DNA of 64,000 nt from Synechococcus sp. (GTDB lineage Bacteria > Cyanobacteriota > Cyanobacteriia > Thermostichales > PCC-7336), in assembly GCA_051439425.1 (NCBI GenBank), contig JBFRWD010000138.1, positions 1 through 64,000 of the forward strand, read 5' to 3'. How positions within the stretch are numbered: the first letter of the stretch is position 1; the number at the start of each line of letters is the position of its first letter. This document shows, in pieces, positions 41,819 through 53,432 of this stretch. The position numbers and the translations under genes are program-made. The notes beneath the pieces were generated by a model that saw nothing but the letters and a program-made list of their open reading frames with translations, was not told where the DNA came from and searched no databases.

Positions 41819-42542
41819 ATCCGACCCACTCCATCTGCTGAAGGTGCTGCAACATCTGCTCGCTCGTTAGAGTTCCGAACAGTGGGGGGGATTCTTAACA
41901 TGACGACACCTCAACACAATGGAACACAGCGAGTCATGACTATTAATCATGCGCTTGGCAGGGAATCGCAAGATTCAGCGGTACGCAATTGTCACACTGA
42001 AGTGGACAGATTTACCGAAAACAACAGGCATCAACCGGGGAAAATCATGAGTACCGTTACATCACACGAGACGACCACCAGTACCCGTCAATGAGTACAT
42101 GAGCCAAAAGTTATGCTATTCCCAGTAAGCTTGGGGATGCGAGCAGTCATAGACCGGCAGAAGAAACACCAACACATACCACTTAACAGTATAAAACCCA
42201 ACTTCGTCAATCGTTGTTTTACGACCACTACTCCTGAAGATCGTGGCCTCAAATTCAAGACTGGCAAGCGATTGATAGATGTCAGGCTATAACCCATGAT
42301 AGGGATTGTACTGAATTCAGTTAAATCGACCACCATCCACTACTCAGATGTAGCGACCCTGCAAGCACTCATTCAGCAGGGACCAAGAAGTGGATAACCC
42401 AGTATCTGCTGTGACTGAAGAGGTTGAAGGAATGAGTTGCGCTTGCTACGCCACTGACTGACCTTACAGAAAGTAATGGAGAGCCAACTTAGCGTCGCTA
42501 GTAGCATCCTAGAAAAGCTCTCCGACAAGCACATCGTTAAAT

Positions 42543-43469
42543 TTACGCTGAAGTCACTATTCGGCCTCCTCCTCGATCCAAATTCAGTAGCTTTGCGGTT
42601 GCACTAACGTCCAGCTGTCCCCATGCAGTCACAGCAGCAGTTCCGATCGCTTCCCGACGCTCTCGAGAGCAGAACGCCAGCAAGGTGGGTCCCGAACCGC
42701 TAATGGTGACTCCATACGCTCCAGCAGCAATTGCAGCAGTCTGAATAGTTGTAAAGCCGGAGATCAGCTGGGCTCGGTACGGTTGGTGCAGGCGATCGTC
42801 GAGTGCGGTTGCCAACCATTTCGTATTACCGGTACCGAGGGCTCGCAGCAATAACCCTAAATGAGCCTGTGTGAAAACAGCGTCAGACAAACTCACAGAC
42901 TCGGGCAGAACATCGCGGGCTTTCTCGGTGGATAGCTTGAAGTCGGGTACGAGCGCTACTACTTCAATGTCGGAATGCCACTCCAGCGGGCAAAAGGTCC
43001 AGCGTCCTTGTCCCCCCAGAACCGATAATTGACATCCTCCCTGTAGGGCTGGAACAACGTTGTCGGGATGTCCTTCGATTGCGATTGCTAATTGCAGCAA
43101 TGTCTCTTGCGCTAAGTTCAGTCCACCCATGGCGTTAGCCCCCAACAAACCACCCACAATGGCAGTAGCTGAGCTACCTAAGCCGCGAGACATGGGGACA
43201 TTTAGCTCAATTTCGATATTGACGCTGGGAATCGGGCGATCGAGAAGCTCAAAGGCACGGGCATAGGCTCGGTAGACCAGATTATCTTTATCGAACGATA
43301 CATCTTCCTGACCCCGCACCAGAATACTGACATCCCCCTCCTCGTCGGAGTCTCCTTCGCGCGGAGAAAACCAGAAATGGTTGTAAAGATCGAGGGCTGC
43401 CCCTAGACAATCGAATCCAGGGCCTAGATTGGCCGTGGTGGCAGGAACAATGACTTCTGTCGCAGTCAT
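42543..43469 (-). CDS. thrB: Homoserine kinase
   Basis: VPATTANLGPGFDCLG, PMSRGLGSSA, EGHPDN, ISGSGPT; alternative start at 43496. Confidence 0.97.
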   Translation of the reverse strand: MTATEVIVPATTANLGPGFDCLGAALDLYNHFWFSPREGDSDEEGDVSILVRGQEDVSFDKDNLVYRAYARAFELLDRPIPSVNIEIELNVPMSRGLGSSATAIVGGLLGANAMGGLNLAQETLLQLAIAIEGHPDNVVPALQGGCQLSVLGGQGRWTFCPLEWHSDIEVVALVPDFKLSTEKARDVLPESVSLSDAVFTQAHLGLLLRALGTGNTKWLATALDDRLHQPYRAQLISGFTTIQTAAIAAGAYGVTISGSGPTLLAFCSRERREAIGTAAVTAWGQLDVSATAKLLNLDRGGGRIVTSA

Positions 43470-43771
43470 GAGAATGGAGAGCCTCAAATGAGTCATTACA
43501 CCAGCGGTGATGCCGGTGCGATATCGGTATTATCTGCCACGCTGGTCTGGAAACAACCCTCTTGCGAGCAAACGCCCTGCTCTGAAACCACTGCAAATTC
43601 CAAGCGGTTCCCTTGAAACTAAGACCTAGACACCAAATGGTGGGTAAATCACGAGCAAGCTCTTACCCTGGCTACTGTCGAATTCAGAGCAAAATCCAAC
43701 CAATCATTCTCGAACACGGTTTAACACAGGGCAGAACAGGCGATAATGCAACAGAATATTAAGCCTTTCGT

Positions 43772-44287
43772 TTGCACGTGAACTCTCTCGATATAGATGC
43801 ATCTCACCGGACTCCTACCCCCCGTCCCCTGTGGCGCGTCATTGCACTTTCTTTGGTCACAGGACTGCTGTACTACGGCTGGTATAAGTGGGTGATTCAG
43901 GAGGAGCTGCGAGCCTACAACGGTCAGGGTTGGTCCGGCAACCTCTGTTTGTTCCCCTTTGTGCTGGGAGTCACAGTACCGCCACTGTTGGCTACATTCG
44001 ACCCTGATGTCCCCCAATGGTTTGGCTCCCTATCCATATTGGGGGTGCTTTGGATTTATATTGTTCAATTTCGGTTGTACTGCGATGTCAATGCCCTCTA
44101 TCGCCAGGAAGGATTGCCGGAACCGCTAGTGGTGTGGTGGCTCGTGATTCCAGGGTTGAATCTTGTCGTCGGGTTGCGACAGATTCATTTTTTGAGCCGG
44201 TTTTGGGCTCGGAAAACAGGCAAAGTAGCCGATGACCCAGTCGTGGATAGCATTCCACTGATGTTCGACTATTCCGAGACCGTTTAG
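43772..44287 (+). CDS. Hypothetical membrane protein (DUF4234-like)
   Basis: LSLVTGLLYYGWYKW and further hydrophobic helices. Confidence 0.65.
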   Translation: MHVNSLDIDASHRTPTPRPLWRVIALSLVTGLLYYGWYKWVIQEELRAYNGQGWSGNLCLFPFVLGVTVPPLLATFDPDVPQWFGSLSILGVLWIYIVQFRLYCDVNALYRQEGLPEPLVVWWLVIPGLNLVVGLRQIHFLSRFWARKTGKVADDPVVDSIPLMFDYSETV

Positions 44288-44306
44288 GTTGCTCGGTATC
44301 TAGCCC

Positions 44307-46037
44307 GTGGCCATTAAGCTCCGCCCCTATCAAAAACTTGCGATCGCATCGATTGAAACCAGTTGGGAACGGTGCGATCGCAGTTTGGTGCAAATGGCGA
44401 CAGGATCGGGCAAAACGGTGGTGTTTGCTCAGTTGCTCAAAAAACGCCTACGAGGCACGAATCAGCAAGGGTTTGTGTTGGTTCATCGCCAAGAACTACT
44501 GCAGCAAGCAGTGGATAAAATCCGCCAAGTATGGCCGAGAGCCAAGCTGGGAGTCATACAGCGACAACGAGAAGAGCTGGACAAGCAAGTCATCGTCGCA
44601 AGCATTCCGTCGTTATATCGCCGGCTGGATCGGATTGACCCCTCCACCATCGATCTGGTGGTGGTAGACGAAGCCCATCACGCTCCGGCGAAGAGCTGGC
44701 AAACAACCATTAATGCGCTGACCTCGCACGGTGCCAAGTGCCTGGGAGTAACGGCAACTCCCGAGCGAGATAAGCGGGTGGGGCTGGGCGAAGTCTTTGA
44801 GGAGCTGTGCTTTACGCGATCGCTCCCCGATCTGATTCCCGATTATCTCTGCGATCTGCGGGCAGTCCGCCTCGACACGGAACTAGAGCTAGATCGTGTC
44901 CGCACCCGCCAAGGGGATTTCGTGGTGGGTGAGTTGGATAGGGCAGTGAATACCTATGCCCGCAATCAACTGATTGTGGAAGGCTGGATGCGCTATGCCG
45001 ACGGTCGAGCAGCAGTGGCTTACTGTGTATCGGTGCATCATGCCCTGCAATTGGCGGAGACCTTTCGCTCGTTTGGAATCGCGGCAGGTACAGTCAGCGG
45101 CAAGCAATCACGGGGCGATCGCCAAACCACTCTCGACGCATTTCAATCGGGAAAATTGCAGGTCTTGACCAACTGCTTGGTGCTGACTGAGGGATGGGAT
45201 TGCCCGCAATTACAGTGCGTGATTATGGCCCGTCCCACCCAGTCATCGCTGTTGTTTACCCAAATGCTGGGGCGAGGTACCCGTCAGGCGGAGGGGAAAG
45301 AAGACTGCTTGATTATCGACGTGTCGGACAATACCCATCGTCACAAGGTGCAGACTGTCCACCAACTATTTGGCTTAGCTCGGCGCACAGATTTGTTCAA
45401 GCAGACTGTATCGCAGCGGGTTCGGGAGCAAGAACAGGCAGAGATTCGGCGGCGACAGCAAGAAGCACAGCTGTTGCAGCGCATGGATGTAGAGATTGTC
45501 AGTCTGTTACTCTCTGCCGAAGCATCATTGCCCAGTCGATTTGAGTGGACGCCTCTCTCTAAAGGCTGTTGGTTTCTCAAAATCCCCGAACAGGAACCCA
45601 AGTACGGTGGCGATTTACTGCAAATTCAATACGGGGCGGATGTGGGAGCCAGTTTGATACGTGTCAGTCACCACAAACTGGAAGAGTTAGCAGCAGCTCC
45701 GGCCCTACCTCACTTGGTGGCGATCGCTGATGAGTGGATCGATAAGCATCTGCGATTTACGGTGATTTTGTTAGACAAAGCGGCAGATTGGCGCATACAT
45801 CCCGCCTCTGAAATGCAGAAAAGCTACATTCGTTGTTTACTCAGACGGATCGAGCCCTACGAACCCGAACTATATGCAGAAGTAACCGCACAACTCAAGC
45901 AAATTGAATCGGCAGAAGCACTACGAGAGTTTTACGAACAGCAAGAAGCGATCGTGCCACCAGAGATCGCGGCTCGACAGCTAACCAAAGGATTGGCCAG
46001 CCAGTTGATTGCGTTTTTAAAAGCGAAAGATCGCTAA
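44307..46037 (+). CDS. Superfamily 2 DEAH-box helicase (Irc3/RadD-like)
   Basis: LRPYQ, ATGSGKT, DEAHH, TATP, LTEGWD, QMLGRGTR. Confidence 0.92.
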   Translation: MAIKLRPYQKLAIASIETSWERCDRSLVQMATGSGKTVVFAQLLKKRLRGTNQQGFVLVHRQELLQQAVDKIRQVWPRAKLGVIQRQREELDKQVIVASIPSLYRRLDRIDPSTIDLVVVDEAHHAPAKSWQTTINALTSHGAKCLGVTATPERDKRVGLGEVFEELCFTRSLPDLIPDYLCDLRAVRLDTELELDRVRTRQGDFVVGELDRAVNTYARNQLIVEGWMRYADGRAAVAYCVSVHHALQLAETFRSFGIAAGTVSGKQSRGDRQTTLDAFQSGKLQVLTNCLVLTEGWDCPQLQCVIMARPTQSSLLFTQMLGRGTRQAEGKEDCLIIDVSDNTHRHKVQTVHQLFGLARRTDLFKQTVSQRVREQEQAEIRRRQQEAQLLQRMDVEIVSLLLSAEASLPSRFEWTPLSKGCWFLKIPEQEPKYGGDLLQIQYGADVGASLIRVSHHKLEELAAAPALPHLVAIADEWIDKHLRFTVILLDKAADWRIHPASEMQKSYIRCLLRRIEPYEPELYAEVTAQLKQIESAEALREFYEQQEAIVPPEIAARQLTKGLASQLIAFLKAKDR

Positions 46038-46110
46038 ACATGGGTTGGGAAAGTTGTACTTGCAACAACGGTAAGGCTCTGACTTCTTTCAATCATCTGT
46101 CCCCATCTGT

Positions 46111-46872
46111 CTACGAAGCAGCCTCTTCGTAGGTTTGATTGACCGCATCCCAGTTGACTACATTCCACCATGCGTCGAGATAGTCGGTTCGACGATTCTG
46201 ATAGTTCAGATAGTAGGCATGTTCCCACACGTCATTGCCAAGAATCGGCACATTGCCATCCAATAAGGGACTATCTTGATTTGCGGTGCTGGTGACTTCA
46301 AGATCTCCATCACCGTTGAGCACCAGCCAGGCCCAACCGCTGCCAAATTGCTTGGCACCAGCAGTATGAAATGCCTCTTTGAAACTGTCAAAATCACCAA
46401 AGCTGGCGGCGATCGCATCTGCAATTGCTCCGCTGGGCTCTCCCCCACCGTCGGGTGACATGCTTACCCAAAACAGCGAGTGATTGGCATGCCCTCCCCC
46501 GTTATTGCGCACCGTCGTCCGAATGTCTTCGGGTAGAGTGCCGAGTGACCGCAATAATGCCTCAAGCGACATATCCTGCAACTCAGGATACTCTGCGATC
46601 GCTGCATTCAAATTCCTGACATACCCAGCGTGATGCTTGTCGTGGTGAAGCATCATTGTCTGGGTATCGATATACGGGTTGAGCGAATCGTAATCGTAAG
46701 GTAGTGGCGGCAGAGTAAAGACCTCGGCGCTGGTCTGAGCCACACCTACCATGTTCCTGAAACTGGGCCATGTATCAAGTGGAAAATAGTGAGCAGATGG
46801 CGATAGAGCCCATGCAAATACTGTTGCAATACCAGCAAGAAACGCGAGCCAGCTCCGACGTTTAATACTCAT
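46111..46872 (-). CDS. sodA: Mn superoxide dismutase with an N-terminal targeting peptide
   Basis: [18 protein letters not shown] (Mn-type), [21 protein letters not shown]; leader KRRSWL plus hydrophobic stretch. Confidence 0.93.
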   Translation of the reverse strand: MSIKRRSWLAFLAGIATVFAWALSPSAHYFPLDTWPSFRNMVGVAQTSAEVFTLPPLPYDYDSLNPYIDTQTMMLHHDKHHAGYVRNLNAAIAEYPELQDMSLEALLRSLGTLPEDIRTTVRNNGGGHANHSLFWVSMSPDGGGEPSGAIADAIAASFGDFDSFKEAFHTAGAKQFGSGWAWLVLNGDGDLEVTSTANQDSPLLDGNVPILGNDVWEHAYYLNYQNRRTDYLDAWWNVVNWDAVNQTYEEAAS

Positions 46873-47121
46873 AAGCCCAGATTGATTCTGTGTGAAAAAT
46901 TTACGTGTACTCTACGATGAAAATACGATTATTTCTTGCCAGACAACTAAAACTTAAAATTACTGGAGCATTACAGGCGAACTCGCGAACTTAAGGGCCG
47001 GATAGGCATGGCTTTAATTCATAAAAAATTTATCAAATCACAAATGAGTTGAGACGCACTCGCAGCGATTGCTTGCCCCGCTCAATTTCAACTGATTTTG
47101 TCATATGTCGGAAATCATACT

Positions 47122-48024
47122 TTAGGGAAGTACGTGCGTCCGAGTCCAGTCATCTTCCGTAACTTCCACCTCATACCCTTGAGCATCGCCAGAGGGCGAT
47201 CGCACCTCAACGGAGAACGATTGGCGATCGTTTAAAACCGCTTCCACGGCGAAATTACCCGATACATCAGTCTCCACAATGTTGCCGTTGACGTACACCA
47301 GATTAATCGGGAAGACCCTAGCTTCCATCCGTGCCGTTGGGATGGGAGCAGCCGTGACCAGATCTGCGTTGAAAATCCCTAAATCCACATCAGCCCCACT
47401 CAGAGAATCGGGCTCAGTCGGCACCTCACCAGGAATCACAATCGAGTAACTACCGTCGTCTACATTGACGGACACCCCTCCCGCTTCTGCCACTACAGCC
47501 CCCTCAAAAGTGGCCACTGAGGTTCGTCCCATCGGGGTAATGCCCACCCCAAAATCCGTGCCCCGCACTCCAGCAATACCGGCAGGAGACTGGATGGTTA
47601 ATCTCGAAGTCGGGCGATTTAAGCGGCGTATTTGAAAGCGAGCCGTCCCTTCAGGCACATCAACTTCCGTGATCGTTCCCCCTTCGGAATCAGTGGTGAG
47701 AGTCAAAATTTCTAGGCGACTTTCTTCGAATACCCTGACACTGCCAATCCCATCATCGAACGACAAACTAGCCTCGGACCTCTCTCCCGTTCGGATACCG
47801 TCCCCTTGCCAAATCAGCAAATCTCCAAGACGGGCTGTATGCCAGTTCGTACCACCGTGTCTGGCCGAAGCCTCTCCATTGAGTTCCCGCACTTCCAACC
47901 AGCGGGTTGGACGAGAACCGGGCAACGTCAGAACCTCTTGCGCAGATAGAGGATCTAGAGAGGCCAACAAAGCCAATATGAATGTCAGGGGAAAAGCGGT
48001 CGCAATCCGCCAATCTAGCGTCAC
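47122..48024 (-). CDS. FecR-domain secreted protein
   Basis: Signal peptide; GDGIRTGERSEA, SPAGIAGVRGTDF, FEGAV. Confidence 0.85.
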   Translation of the reverse strand: MTLDWRIATAFPLTFILALLASLDPLSAQEVLTLPGSRPTRWLEVRELNGEASARHGGTNWHTARLGDLLIWQGDGIRTGERSEASLSFDDGIGSVRVFEESRLEILTLTTDSEGGTITEVDVPEGTARFQIRRLNRPTSRLTIQSPAGIAGVRGTDFGVGITPMGRTSVATFEGAVVAEAGGVSVNVDDGSYSIVIPGEVPTEPDSLSGADVDLGIFNADLVTAAPIPTARMEARVFPINLVYVNGNIVETDVSGNFAVEAVLNDRQSFSVEVRSPSGDAQGYEVEVTEDDWTRTHVLP

Positions 48025-48261
48025 AATCTTCTTCCCTTCGAAAGCAATGACCTGGCGTCAGTGTATCCGCTGTTCGATTTTGAGGGTGTTCGTATGTTTT
48101 CTCAATGCCCATCCACGAGCATACGGCGTTAGGTAATACACATAGAAGAGCATCAATAGCCACCAGTTGCTACTATGCCTAACTGCCCCTGCACCCGATC
48201 GCAGCGTCACCATAACGTCCAATACAATCCACAACTCCTGACATGGGGGAATGATTGAACC

Positions 48262-50046
48262 TTGATCGATCGCCTTTCTCCAACCGAGCCTGCTCCAACC
48301 GCGCCTTCTGGGGCCCACTTCCGACTCGTACCGCTATTAACCGGTCAGGGGGGATACAGCTATTGGTTGGAGGTTGACCGCCACGCCATATTGCTAGACG
48401 TGGGCAGCGATTGGGATGCCCTAGCCGGTCGTCTACCGCGAGCCCCCGATGCCGTCATTCTCAGCCACACCCATATAGGTGTAGCAGGCGGTTTATCGGG
48501 ATTGGTGAGGCAACACCCCGACTGTCCGATTTACGCCACGATCGCCACATTTGAAGGATTGGACATTCAGGATCTTGAGCAACTAGAAGCAGTCAATCGG
48601 CAAGCTCTTGCCTTTCGCCAACCCATTGCCATGGGGGAACATCTGTTCCTTACCTTTGAGCCAGCCGGACATCTGCCAGGGGCCGCCGTAACGATTCTGA
48701 CGGTTATCCAACACCAACCCGAGCAACAACCAGACAGGGATGGAGATACAGGGCCCTCTATTTCGACCCTGAGGAGCGGACATACCTGTATCGTCACCGG
48801 AGATTGTGCCCTAACAACCAGTCGCTTTCAACCCGGCCTTCCGCTGGCCCAATTGCGTCAGTGGCATCCGGAGGTCTTGGCCGTCGGCGGCGCCTTAGGT
48901 ACCCAGAAGCTGCCGTCTCGTAAAGAGGCGGAATCAAATCTCATCCAGCAGGTGCAAGCGGCGATCGCTGCCCAGAAAACCCTCCTGCTACCGGTGCCAC
49001 CAACCGGCATTCCCCAAGAGCTTCTCTTTTCCATCGCCACCAACAATCGTCTGCGCCAAGGTCCATCCAAACTCTGCGTGTGGCTGGATGATGCCATCGT
49101 GACTGGCTGCGAGCGCTACCGAACCATCCTGCCCCATCTCCCCAAATCCATCCGCAATTACGCTCGCGATCGCACGCTCTTTGTCCAAGAGAATAAACAT
49201 CTCAGGATTGCAGCACTGCCCACAGACGATCGGGAGCGTCACACAGTGTTGCAATCATCAGGCTTGTTGCTGTGCAATGCAGCTGCCTCTATGGAGGAAT
49301 GGAATGCCATCTGGAGGCATTTACATCCCGAACGCACCCTGTATCTCCGGTTGCCGGAAGTTGAGTTAAGCATTCCCATCGAGCAATGGCCCGCAGAACT
49401 TCGATCGAGAATGGAGGTGAGTGATGAAGCGTGGCACAGCCTCTGCGATCGCAACAGCCTTAAGCAGATTGTGCATACCCTCAAACCCCAACACCTCGTA
49501 TTCACCCACGGCCTGAAACAGCGGTTGCGGGAATTAGCGCAACTACCAGAATTTCGAGATCGCTATTTGACGTATGCCCCTCAGTATGGGGACGAGATCT
49601 CCCTGAATTTGGCAGCGATTGAAGCCAGAAATCCGGTGGATACCAGCTCCACCGAATCGATCATCTACGAGGGAGAAGCCGACGAAACCCTCTCCATCCA
49701 CACCGGCAAGATTGAAGGGGTTGAAGTTAGGTTACCGCCTGCAGTGATGGATGATTCCCGCTGGGATTCTCTCTCGGAGACCGGTTTCGTAACCGCCCGT
49801 TGGGAGCACGACTGTCTGGTCATTCGTGGGCTATCCAGTCGAGCGTTACAGCGCGAGTCGTTCAATTTTGGTGCAGACAAACAGTACGAGCGCGGTGCGG
49901 GTGACTGCTCGGGCTGCGCATTCTATGCTCGAGTCAGCTCCGCTCCCGCCGCAAAACCTCAATGTAGTCAACCCAGCTCTCCGCTGTACGGAGTCACAGT
50001 CAGTCCGCAGGGTTCCTGCCCGGATTTCAAACCTGTCGGGCAATAG
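48262..50046 (+). CDS. Metallo-beta-lactamase / beta-CASP fold protein with a degenerate metal motif and C-terminal Cys cluster
   Basis: ILLDVG, SHTHIGV, PIYAT, AGHLPGA, TGD, PQHLVFTHG; C-terminal CxxC...C...PLYG...C. Confidence 0.8.
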   Translation: MIDRLSPTEPAPTAPSGAHFRLVPLLTGQGGYSYWLEVDRHAILLDVGSDWDALAGRLPRAPDAVILSHTHIGVAGGLSGLVRQHPDCPIYATIATFEGLDIQDLEQLEAVNRQALAFRQPIAMGEHLFLTFEPAGHLPGAAVTILTVIQHQPEQQPDRDGDTGPSISTLRSGHTCIVTGDCALTTSRFQPGLPLAQLRQWHPEVLAVGGALGTQKLPSRKEAESNLIQQVQAAIAAQKTLLLPVPPTGIPQELLFSIATNNRLRQGPSKLCVWLDDAIVTGCERYRTILPHLPKSIRNYARDRTLFVQENKHLRIAALPTDDRERHTVLQSSGLLLCNAAASMEEWNAIWRHLHPERTLYLRLPEVELSIPIEQWPAELRSRMEVSDEAWHSLCDRNSLKQIVHTLKPQHLVFTHGLKQRLRELAQLPEFRDRYLTYAPQYGDEISLNLAAIEARNPVDTSSTESIIYEGEADETLSIHTGKIEGVEVRLPPAVMDDSRWDSLSETGFVTARWEHDCLVIRGLSSRALQRESFNFGADKQYERGAGDCSGCAFYARVSSAPAAKPQCSQPSSPLYGVTVSPQGSCPDFKPVGQ

Positions 50047-50076
50047 AGCCAACGACTCATATCGAGAAATTCAGGC

Positions 50077-51108
50077 TTACAAGAACCAGCCATAACTGTG
50101 CAGGCCAATGCCGAGTAAGTTCACGCCGAGATAGCACACCCAAACCACGACAAATCCGGCTCCAGCCAGAATCGCGGGGCGTCGTCCTTGCCAACCTTTC
50201 GTGATCCGAGTGTGGAGGTAGGCCGCAAATACTAACCACGTGATCAGTGCCCACGTTTCTTTCGGGTCCCAACTCCAATACGTCCCCCACGCTTCGTTGG
50301 CCCAGACCGCTCCAGCAATGATGCCAATAGTCAGTAGAGGGAACCCCAGACCAATCAGACGATAGCTAACGTTATCGAGGGTGTCTGCCAAACTCAGTCG
50401 TTGGGGAGTTAAAGCAACTACAGGTGACGTCTGCGGTTGGTCTAAAACGGCGACATCACCGCTCATGGCAACGGCACCAGCCGTAACAGTGCCAGCAGGC
50501 ATCGGCATCGTCGTGGCACCCGCATGCGTCGACGCTTCAGACTGGCGCAAGTCACTGCGATCGCGATAGCTACCAATCCCGTAGGAACTGCCCTTGAGTT
50601 CGATATCCTGACCGCGAGTCACCACCAGAAATGCGATCGCCAACACCGCCCCCACCATCAGAGTGGAATAGCTGAACATCATCACCGATACGTGCATCAT
50701 CAGCCAATTGGACTGCAGGGCAGGAACCAGAGGAGCCGACAGTTGCATATCGCTGGGAAGCTTGAAGGCAGCAAAAGCAACAATCCCCATCGCCACCGGC
50801 GCGGTAAAGACCCCTACGAGGCGACTGCGACCGATCCATTCGGCCACCAAATGCATGACTGTCACCCCCCACGCCATAAAGAACAGCGACTCGTACAGAT
50901 TGCTAATGGGGAAGTACCCCGCATCCATCCAGCGTGCTCCCAGCATGACAGCGATCGCTAAGTTACCAATCGCCATCGCCGCTGTCCCCAATTCCGGGAG
51001 GACAGGAATGCGAGGGAAAGCTGCCGATACCCAGTACAACAGCATGGCCACAAGCAGGATGGCGAATGCAACGTTATCGAGTAGAGCTTGAAGAGACGCG
51101 AGATCCAT
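50077..51108 (-). CDS. ccsA: Cytochrome c biogenesis protein CcsA/CcsB (system II)
   Basis: [23 protein letters not shown] motif [25 protein letters not shown]. Confidence 0.96.
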   Translation of the reverse strand: MDLASLQALLDNVAFAILLVAMLLYWVSAAFPRIPVLPELGTAAMAIGNLAIAVMLGARWMDAGYFPISNLYESLFFMAWGVTVMHLVAEWIGRSRLVGVFTAPVAMGIVAFAAFKLPSDMQLSAPLVPALQSNWLMMHVSVMMFSYSTLMVGAVLAIAFLVVTRGQDIELKGSSYGIGSYRDRSDLRQSEASTHAGATTMPMPAGTVTAGAVAMSGDVAVLDQPQTSPVVALTPQRLSLADTLDNVSYRLIGLGFPLLTIGIIAGAVWANEAWGTYWSWDPKETWALITWLVFAAYLHTRITKGWQGRRPAILAGAGFVVVWVCYLGVNLLGIGLHSYGWFL

Positions 51109-51326
51109 GAAAAATGAGTCCGAGGTGTGCAAGTGCTGCTGCCATTTTGAGGGATGATCGGTCACCAGACCTGTGTAGTGCAGCCGATGGGAGAAGTCAA
51201 AGAATCCATCACCAGTGTAGGTCAATCCCTTCGGAAGGCGGCCCCCTCAAGCGATATCGGGAGAAGACCACCCGTGGGAGAACGTGTCCCTTACGATTGA
51301 AATACCTTCCCTCTCTCAACATTTGC

Positions 51327-53195
51327 ATGACGGCTACTTCTGCTCAGTCCAATCGCCAGCCCAATCGCCGCAGGTCTCAGTACAGCGACTGGGGCTTATT
51401 GATGAAGCTATGGCCTTATGCCAAGCGCCATTGGAAGCTACTGGGATTGGCGATCGCTTTTCTGCCCCCGTTAGCGATCTCCCAAGCCATTCAGCCCATT
51501 ATTTTGCAACGGGCGATCGATGGTCCGATCCAGTCGGGCCAGATCGAGCAGCTGTGGCTCTTTGTTGCACTCCTGCTTGCGGTGGGATTGATTCGGTTTG
51601 TCTTCCAGGCTCTAGAAGGCTTTGTCAGTCAGAAATTCGGTCAGCAGCTGACCAATGATGTCCGCGATGACTTATTCGAGCATGTCACCAGCTTGGCCTC
51701 TTCATTTTTCGATCGCACCCCTGTCGGCAAACTGATCACCCGCATCACCAGCGATGTAGAAGCCTTGGGCGATGTATTCTCCACCGGGGCCGTGGGGGTA
51801 GTCAGCGACCTGGTTACGCTAGTGGCGATCGCCGGCATGATGATCTGGCAACGTTGGAATTTGGCCCTATTCCTAATCGGTTTGATTCTGCCGATGGCTG
51901 CCTTGGTGATTTGGCTGCAGCAGCTCTATCGCAATGCCAACTTTCGCGTCCGCGAAGAACTGTCCTCGCTTAATTCCCTGCTACAGGAAAACATTTTAGG
52001 GGTGAGTGTGGTGCAGATGTTCCGCCGGGAAGCGTTCAACAGCGATGTTTATCTAGACAACAACCGTCGCTACATCCGCGAAGTAGACAAGACCATTCTC
52101 TACGACTCCACTCTGTCGTCTGTGTTGGAGTGGGTGACCTGGATTGGCGTCGCGGGAATACTGTGGCTGGGCGGCAGCGAAATTTTGCAGGCCCTGGCGA
52201 CCAGAGGAGAAACCTGGATAGCTCAAAGCATACCGTTCATCCCAGACGCCATGCGCCAGCGAGCCGCCGAACCGCTCACCTTCGGCAATTTGTATGCCTT
52301 TGTTCTGTTTTCCTCTCAGTTTTTCAACCCCCTCAGGCAGCTTGCGGAAAAATTTACCTCCCTACAATCCGGATTTACAGCGGTAGAGCGCATCACCGGT
52401 ATGTTGGAATTGCCAATTGAAGTTGCCGATCCGGCACAGCCCGTTACTCTTGCCGAACCCGTTAGAGGGGAAGTCACGTTCAAGAACGTGTCATTTGGCT
52501 ACAAGCCAGACGAGCCTGTCTTAAACGATCTCGATTTCACCATTCGACCGGGGGAAAAAGTGGCGCTGGTGGGGCCAACAGGAGCGGGGAAAAGCTCCAT
52601 CATTCGCTTACTGGCCCGCCTGTATGACGTCAGTAGCGGCCACATTTACATCGATGGCGTCGATATCCGCGAACTGGCTCAAGCGGACTTGCGCCGTCAC
52701 TTAGGGGTGATACTTCAAGATAACTTTCTCTTCTCCGGCGATATTCGCGACAACATTACCCTCGGCGAGACCTATTCGGAGGAGCGCATTCGACAGGCAA
52801 CACGGCTGATGAACGTGGAGCCGTTCATTCTAGATTTGCCCCAGGGATACGACACGGAAGTTCGCGAGCGAGGAAACAACTTATCCTCCGGCCAGAAGCA
52901 ACTGCTGTCGTTTGCACGGGCGATGGTGCGCAATCCGCGCATTCTTGTGTTGGATGAAGCAACGGCCAGTTTGGATGTCGCCACAGAGTCGCTAATTCAG
53001 GATGCGCTGGAAACGCTATTGCGCGATCGCACGGCAAATATTATTGCCCATCGCCTCGCAACCATCCGCAACGTCGATCGCATCCTGGTACTGAAGCGGG
53101 GGCGACTCAAAGAACAAGGCACCCACGAAGAACTATTAGCCCTAAATGGCATCTACGCCAACCTGTACAACCTACAAAGCATTCAGCAGCAGTAG
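51327..53195 (+). CDS. ABC exporter, fused permease and ATP-binding protein
   Basis: TM domain with FFDRTPVGKLITR; GPTGAGKS, LSSGQKQ, VLDEAT, IAHRL. Confidence 0.95.
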   Translation: MTATSAQSNRQPNRRRSQYSDWGLLMKLWPYAKRHWKLLGLAIAFLPPLAISQAIQPIILQRAIDGPIQSGQIEQLWLFVALLLAVGLIRFVFQALEGFVSQKFGQQLTNDVRDDLFEHVTSLASSFFDRTPVGKLITRITSDVEALGDVFSTGAVGVVSDLVTLVAIAGMMIWQRWNLALFLIGLILPMAALVIWLQQLYRNANFRVREELSSLNSLLQENILGVSVVQMFRREAFNSDVYLDNNRRYIREVDKTILYDSTLSSVLEWVTWIGVAGILWLGGSEILQALATRGETWIAQSIPFIPDAMRQRAAEPLTFGNLYAFVLFSSQFFNPLRQLAEKFTSLQSGFTAVERITGMLELPIEVADPAQPVTLAEPVRGEVTFKNVSFGYKPDEPVLNDLDFTIRPGEKVALVGPTGAGKSSIIRLLARLYDVSSGHIYIDGVDIRELAQADLRRHLGVILQDNFLFSGDIRDNITLGETYSEERIRQATRLMNVEPFILDLPQGYDTEVRERGNNLSSGQKQLLSFARAMVRNPRILVLDEATASLDVATESLIQDALETLLRDRTANIIAHRLATIRNVDRILVLKRGRLKEQGTHEELLALNGIYANLYNLQSIQQQ

Positions 53196-53432
53196 AGCAC
53201 GTCATTATGTCGGCAATTCCCTGACATTAGCGGCTTGCGTTTAAACCAAAGCGGGCAACACTGGAAACGAGCCGCGGTTTTCATGCTGCTGAATGCAAAC
53301 CACGACTCTGTAGAAGCATGGGTGGACTCAGGCACTATCATCAGCTTGCAAGGGTATAAATACCGATCTGCAATCGGCAGATCCCAGATTTTGTAGTTCT
53401 GCATACTATTATGAATTTAGATTGACGATCGG

